Assembly: GCA_018241025.1 (NCBI GenBank)
Contig: JAFEEQ010000009.1
Location: forward strand, 8,065-72,064
Reading direction: 5' to 3'
Origin: Pseudomonadota bacterium
Lineage (GTDB): Bacteria > Pseudomonadota > Alphaproteobacteria > Micropepsales > Micropepsaceae
DNA length: 64,000 bases
The translations under genes and the position numbers were made by a program. Shown piece after piece: positions 58,976 to 64,000 of this stretch; position 1 is the stretch's first letter, and the number at the start of each line of letters is the position of its first letter. The notes under the pieces were generated by a model. That model did not search any database and was not told where the DNA came from. It was given only the letters and a program-made list of their open reading frames with translations.

Positions 58976-60106
58976 ATGACGGACGGGAATATCACCAAAG
59001 ACATCGTCTACGAAGCGGTTGCGCCGGACGATTTCGAATCGATGATCGAGCTGGACCGCTATGAGAAGCGCTCCACCGCCTTCGACAAGATCATCTCCGC
59101 CACCCACGACCACTTCTGGGATCCGCTCGACAAGAAGTACATCGACTTCGACGAGCCCTTCGACATCGAGCATGTCCAGATGATGCCGGACGACCAGATC
59201 TTCCAGCTCCAGATCCCCTACGTCCGCGATCATCTCGAGAAGACCGGCCAGAAGGTCCGCTTCGCCAACGAGATGCAGCTCTGGTCGTTCTCGTCCATCC
59301 TGCATGGCGAGCAGGGCGCGCTGAACCTCTCGGCCTCGCTCTGCCACGTGCTGAAGGATCAGGGCGCGCAGGAATACGCCGCCAACCAGACCCGTGAGGA
59401 AGCCCGCCACGTCACCGCCTTCGCCAAGTACATCAAGTCGCGCTGGGGCCGTCCGCGGCCCTGCGGCACGGTGCTGAAGGCCCTGCTCGTCGACATCATC
59501 TCGGCGCCCGAGGTCTACAAGAAGATCATCGGCATGCAGATGCTGGTCGAGGGCCTCGCCATGGGTGCCTTCGCCACCGGCTACAAATACAACCAGGACC
59601 CGCTCGCCAAAAAGCTGTTCCAGCTCGTGATGACCGACGAGGCGTTCCATCACAAATTCGGAAAGATCTGGGCCGACCGCACCATCCCGCGCATGTCGGA
59701 AGACGAGCGCAACGTGGTCGAGGACTGGGCGGCGCATTGCTTCCAGTCGCTGGTGATGAACCTCGGCAGCCCGCAGCAGCAGGCGGAGATGTATGCCTCC
59801 TTCGGCCTCGACCCGGAGAAGGTGGTCGCCGGCCTGATGGAGATACGCTCGGAAGCCCGCACCCGCGAGCGCCTGCGCGAGTCGACCAACATTTTCCGCG
59901 TGCTGATCAAGACGCTGCTGAAGGCCGGCCTGATCTCCGATCGCACCAAGGCGTTCTACGGCAACTACGTCGACATGGACGAACTGAAGAGCGAGGGCGA
60001 CCGCATGGTCGGCGACGACATCGCCGAGGAAGGCATCGCCTACCTCCAGACGATCAACTTCAAGGATCGCAGCAACGCAGCGGCGATCAGGATCGCAGCG
60101 GAGTAA
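58976..60106 (+). CDS. Ferritin-like diiron protein (AurF/N-oxygenase-like fold)
   Basis: HGEQGA, EEARH, VEG, DEAFH carboxylate/His ligand pattern; RBS GGAGGAG. Confidence 0.85.
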   Translation: MTDGNITKDIVYEAVAPDDFESMIELDRYEKRSTAFDKIISATHDHFWDPLDKKYIDFDEPFDIEHVQMMPDDQIFQLQIPYVRDHLEKTGQKVRFANEMQLWSFSSILHGEQGALNLSASLCHVLKDQGAQEYAANQTREEARHVTAFAKYIKSRWGRPRPCGTVLKALLVDIISAPEVYKKIIGMQMLVEGLAMGAFATGYKYNQDPLAKKLFQLVMTDEAFHHKFGKIWADRTIPRMSEDERNVVEDWAAHCFQSLVMNLGSPQQQAEMYASFGLDPEKVVAGLMEIRSEARTRERLRESTNIFRVLIKTLLKAGLISDRTKAFYGNYVDMDELKSEGDRMVGDDIAEEGIAYLQTINFKDRSNAAAIRIAAE

Positions 60107-60107
60107 C

Positions 60108-60228
60108 CATCCTTCGGGGCTCCGCTGCGCGGAGCGCCTCAGGATGACGAATGCAACACCATGACTCTCAGGATGACGGCATCCGCACCGTCATCCTGAG
60201 GTGCGAGCAAAGCGAGCCCCGAAGGATG
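60108..60228. repeat. REP-like element (GTCATCCTGAGG type) ending in the ferredoxin ATG
   Basis: CATCCTTCGGGGCT...CCTCAGGATGACG / CGTCATCCTGAGG...AGCCCCGAAGGATG. Confidence 0.85.
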
Positions 60229-60546
60229 CCCAAAGTCACCTACATCGAACACAACGGCAAAGAGCACACTGTCGACGTCCCCGAAGGGTGGTCGGTCATG
60301 GAAGGCGCCGTGAAGAACCTTATCCCCGGCATCGACGCCGATTGTGGCGGTGCCTGCGCCTGCGCCACCTGCCACGTCTTCGTCGATGCGAAGTTCGAGG
60401 CGAAGATCCCTCCCAAATCCGACATGGAGGAAACCATGCTCGACTTCGCGCCGGAGATTCAGCCGAACAGCCGTCTCAGTTGCCAGATCAAGGTGACGCC
60501 GGAGCTCGATGGCCTCGTCGTCCGCATGCCCCAAAGCCAACACTGA
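60226..60546 (+). CDS. 2Fe-2S ferredoxin (putidaredoxin/adrenodoxin type)
   Basis: [18 protein letters not shown]. Confidence 0.95.
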   Translation: MPKVTYIEHNGKEHTVDVPEGWSVMEGAVKNLIPGIDADCGGACACATCHVFVDAKFEAKIPPKSDMEETMLDFAPEIQPNSRLSCQIKVTPELDGLVVRMPQSQH

Positions 60547-60601
60547 AAATGCGTCAGCACTAGGGAACGCGCAACAGAACAGACAATACGGGAGGAAGGC
60601 C

Positions 60602-61885
60602 ATGAACGTCGCAGTGGGAAGTCTGGAACAGGCGCGCAACGATGCCTGGTCGCTGCCGTTGGAGAAGATCGATCCGGCCAATGCCGATCGCTTCCAGAAC
60701 GACACCATCTGGCCCTACTTCGAGCGTCTGCGCCGCGAGGACCCCGTTCACTACACCGCCGACAGCGCCTACGGTCCCTACTGGTCGGTGACCAGGTGGA
60801 ACGACATCATGGCGGTCGACACCAACCACGAGGTGTTCTCCTCCGCCGACGGCATCGTGCTGTCGACGCTGGAATCGATCGCCGAGAACGAGAAGATCCG
60901 TGGTCCGCGCGACCGCAATGCCGGCGGCTTCATCTCGATGGACCCGCCGCATCATGGTCCGAAGCGCAAGACGGTCACGCCCGTCGTCGCGCCCGACAAT
61001 CTCGCCCGCATGGCGCCGCAGGTGCGCGAGCGTGCCGGCATCATCCTCGACTCCCTGCCCATCGGCCAGGAGTTCGACTGGGTCGACAAAGTCTCGAAGG
61101 AGCTGACGGCGATGACGCTCGCCACGCTCTTCGATTTCCCCTTCGAGGACCGGCGCAAACTGACCTACTGGTCCGACATGTTCACCAACGCGCCCGGCCA
61201 TGGCCCGGCGAAGAGCTGGCTGCACAAGAAGGAAGCGGCCGACGAGTGCTTCGGCGCCTTCGCCCATCTCTGGAACCAGCGGGTGAATGCCGAGCCGAGC
61301 TTTGACATGATCTCGATGCTGGCGCACAGCCCGGCGACGCGGAACATGGATCCGCGCGAGTATCAGGGCCATGTCGTGCTTCTGATCATCGGCGGCAACG
61401 ACACCACCCGCAACACGATCAGCGGCAGCCTCTATGCGCTCAACAAATATCCCGAGCAATATGCCAAGCTGCGCGCCAATCCCGGCCTGATCACCTCTAT
61501 GGTGTCGGAGACGATCCGCTGGCAGACGCCGCTCGCCCATATGCGCCGCACCGCGCTGCGCGACTTCGAGCTCGGCGGCAAGCAGATCAAGGAAGGCGAC
61601 AAGGTCGTCATGTGGTACGTCTCGGGCAACCGCGACGAAAGCATGATCGCCGATCCCAACGCCTACCTCATCGATCGCGAGCGCCCGCGCCAGCACCTGT
61701 CCTTCGGATTCGGCATCCACCGCTGCGTCGGCAACCGCGTCGCCGAGCTTCAGCTCCAGATCATCTGGGAAGAGATCGTGAAGCGCTTCCCCGACATCCG
61801 CGTCGTCGGCGAGCCGACCCGCACCCATTCGTCTTTCGTCAAAGGCTATGAAACGCTGCCGGTCGTGATTCCGGCGCGCAACTGA
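60602..61885 (+). CDS. Cytochrome P450, CYP153-like (divergent copy)
   Basis: GGNDTTRN, ETIRWQTP, HLSFGFGIHRCVG. Confidence 0.93.
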   Translation: MNVAVGSLEQARNDAWSLPLEKIDPANADRFQNDTIWPYFERLRREDPVHYTADSAYGPYWSVTRWNDIMAVDTNHEVFSSADGIVLSTLESIAENEKIRGPRDRNAGGFISMDPPHHGPKRKTVTPVVAPDNLARMAPQVRERAGIILDSLPIGQEFDWVDKVSKELTAMTLATLFDFPFEDRRKLTYWSDMFTNAPGHGPAKSWLHKKEAADECFGAFAHLWNQRVNAEPSFDMISMLAHSPATRNMDPREYQGHVVLLIIGGNDTTRNTISGSLYALNKYPEQYAKLRANPGLITSMVSETIRWQTPLAHMRRTALRDFELGGKQIKEGDKVVMWYVSGNRDESMIADPNAYLIDRERPRQHLSFGFGIHRCVGNRVAELQLQIIWEEIVKRFPDIRVVGEPTRTHSSFVKGYETLPVVIPARN

Positions 61886-61901
61886 GGTCAAGGAGTCTCC
61901 G

Positions 61902-63173
61902 ATGAACGTCGCGCTCAAGAAAGATGACATCAACGCCGCGCGCGACGCGGCCTATGCGGTTCCGCTCGACAAGCTCGACGTCGCCCAGCCGCTGCTCTTC
62001 CAGCAGAACGCGATGTGGCCGTATTTCGAGCGCCTGCGCCGCGAAGACCCGGTGCACTTCTGCGCCGAGAGCGAGTTCGGCCCCTATTGGTCGATCACCA
62101 AATACAACGACATCATGGCGGTCGACACGAACCACAATGTGTTCTCGTCCGACTTCCTTGCCGGCGGTATCACCATCGGCGGCGGCCAGGCCAATGTCGA
62201 TCCGCTGCCGATGTTCATCGCGATGGATCCGCCGAAGCACGACATCCAGCGCAAGGTCGTCACTCCCGTCGTCAGCCCCGCCAATCTGCAATATCTCGCG
62301 CCGCTGATCCGCGAGCGTGCCGGCAAGATCCTCGACAGCCTGCCGATCGGCGAGCCCTTCGACTGGGTCGACAAGGTCTCGATCGAACTCACTGCCATGA
62401 CGCTCGCCACGCTGTTCGACCTGCCGCAGGAGGAGCGCCGCCAACTCGCGCGCTGGTCCGACATCGTCACCGCGGCGCCCGGACACGGCATCATCGACAC
62501 GCTCGAAGAGAAGATGATGGAGTTCCAGCGCTTCCACGCCCGCTTCACCGAGCTGTGGAACGACCGCGTCAACGCTACCGAAGTGAAGGGCGATCTCATC
62601 TCGATGCTCGCCCACAATCCGGCGACCCGGAACATGGAGCCGCGCGAGTATTTCGGCAACATCGTGCTCCTCACCGTCGGCGGCAACGACACCACGCGCA
62701 ACACGATCTCCGGCTCCATCCTGGCGCTCAACCAGAACCCGGACCAGTACGACAAGCTGCGCGCCGATCCGTCGCTGATCACCTCGATGGTGTCGGAGAC
62801 GATCCGCTGGCAGACCCCGCTCGCCCATATGCGCCGCACCGCCAAGGAAGACATCGAGTTCCAGGGCAAGACGATCAAGAAGGGCGACAAGGTCGTGATG
62901 TGGTACGTCTCGGGCAACCGCGACGACGAGGTGATCGAACGTCCCAACGACTACATCATCGACCGCGAAAATCCGCGCCGCCACATCTCCTTCGGCTTCG
63001 GCATCCATCGTTGCGTCGGCAACCGCCTGGCCGAGCTCCAGCTCCAGATCATCTGGGAAGAGATCCTGAAGCGCTTCCCGCACATCGAAGTTGTCGAAGA
63101 GCCGCGCCGCAGCTACTCGACCTTCGTGAAGGGCTACGAACGCATGATGGTGGTCATCCCGAAGCGGGTCTAA
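61902..63173 (+). CDS. Cytochrome P450, CYP153-like
   Basis: MFIAMDPP, GGNDTTRN, HISFGFGIHRCVGNRLAELQL. Confidence 0.95.
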   Translation: MNVALKKDDINAARDAAYAVPLDKLDVAQPLLFQQNAMWPYFERLRREDPVHFCAESEFGPYWSITKYNDIMAVDTNHNVFSSDFLAGGITIGGGQANVDPLPMFIAMDPPKHDIQRKVVTPVVSPANLQYLAPLIRERAGKILDSLPIGEPFDWVDKVSIELTAMTLATLFDLPQEERRQLARWSDIVTAAPGHGIIDTLEEKMMEFQRFHARFTELWNDRVNATEVKGDLISMLAHNPATRNMEPREYFGNIVLLTVGGNDTTRNTISGSILALNQNPDQYDKLRADPSLITSMVSETIRWQTPLAHMRRTAKEDIEFQGKTIKKGDKVVMWYVSGNRDDEVIERPNDYIIDRENPRRHISFGFGIHRCVGNRLAELQLQIIWEEILKRFPHIEVVEEPRRSYSTFVKGYERMMVVIPKRV

Positions 63174-63187
63174 GTTCCGCTCCTGTT

Positions 63188-63243
63188 CCTCCCCCGTCGT
63201 AACGGGGGAGGGGGACCATCGCGCAGCGATGGTGGAAGGGGCG
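63188..63243. repeat. REP-like element, family C variant
   Basis: CCTCCCCCGT/ACGGGGGAGG 10-bp stem plus ACCATCGC/GCGATGGT stem. Confidence 0.75.
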
Positions 63244-63274
63244 ACCGCCCCGCACTGACCATCGGGCGTGTGCC

Positions 63275-64000
63275 ATGAAACCCATCGACCTCACCTCCGT
63301 CGAACACCTCCTCGAAGGCCATATCGACATCCGCCGCCGCCCCGGCTCGATCCAGCCGCTGCGCTATCCCGCCGCCGAGCACGAGTACTACGACGTCTTC
63401 ACCCGCTGGGTCGCCTCTGCGCCCGCCGGGGTGCGCCTGCGCCTGCGCACCGATTCCGACATCCTCGAACTGAAAGTCCGCCAGCGCGTCGCTGCGCTCG
63501 ACGGCACGGCGCGCAACGCCGTCTGGAAAGTCTTCGTCGACGGCGACTCGTACGGCTTCGGCGAGGTTACCGGCGGCGCCCAGCTTCTCGCCGACGGATC
63601 GCTCAAGGGCGACGAGCACGCCACCGTCCGTATCGAGCTTCCGCACAGAGACAACGAAGTAGAGATCTGGCTACCCCAGACCGCGACCGTTTCCATCGAT
63701 TCCGTCGCCATCGCCGACGGCGCGCATTGGGCGCCCTGGCCGGACCGGCGCAAGCGCGTCGTCTTCCACGGCTCTTCGATCACCCATTGCATGGAAGCCG
63801 ACAGCGCTGCGGGCGCCTGGTCCGCCGTTGCTGCGCGCCTCGCCGATGTGAACCCGCTCAATCTCGGCTGGGCCGGTTCGTGCATCCTCTCCGGCCTCGC
63901 TGCCCGCATCATCCGCGATCAACCGGCCGACGCCATCGTCCTCAAGCTCGGCATCAACGTGCACGGCGAGGGGTTGCTCAAGGAACGCACCTTCCTCGAC
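63275..64000 (+). CDS. SGNH/GDSL hydrolase with N-terminal beta domain (truncated by the window end)
   Basis: In-frame read MKPIDLTSVEHLLEGH...VVFHGSSITHC...NLGWAG...KLGINV; absent from the ORF track because it has no stop in the window. Confidence 0.85.
   Translation, partial: MKPIDLTSVEHLLEGHIDIRRRPGSIQPLRYPAAEHEYYDVFTRWVASAPAGVRLRLRTDSDILELKVRQRVAALDGTARNAVWKVFVDGDSYGFGEVTGGAQLLADGSLKGDEHATVRIELPHRDNEVEIWLPQTATVSIDSVAIADGAHWAPWPDRRKRVVFHGSSITHCMEADSAAGAWSAVAARLADVNPLNLGWAGSCILSGLAARIIRDQPADAIVLKLGINVHGEGLLKERTFLD

Overview
High-GC alphaproteobacterial chromosomal segment. The gene order maoC-ribF-ileS-lspA-DUF3035, the TipF-like EAL protein and the fused IOR point to Alphaproteobacteria; a Rhizomicrobium-like soil lineage is an inference only. 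About 60 CDSs: housekeeping genes (ribF, ileS, lspA, short-form pgi, mutL, rsmD, ald), many accessory enzymes and transporters, an aromatic amino-acid catabolic cluster (phhA, IOR, Leu/Phe/Val dehydrogenase), and an oxidative block at the right end (IclR, TauD, PhyH, class III ADH, acyl-CoA ligase, TetR, ferritin-like diiron protein, 2Fe-2S ferredoxin, two CYP153-like P450s, SGNH hydrolase). No rRNA, tRNA, CRISPR, integrase or classical transposase was seen. The intergenic spaces carry at least five families of short palindromic (REP-like) elements. The top finding is a GxxExxY PD-(D/E)XK-type nuclease gene enclosed by perfect 25-bp inverted repeats, with two gene-less derivatives of the same repeat elsewhere in the window: a candidate autonomous/non-autonomous mobile element pair. 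All family assignments come from motif recognition by eye, and GC values are hand counts on a few 60-nt lines.
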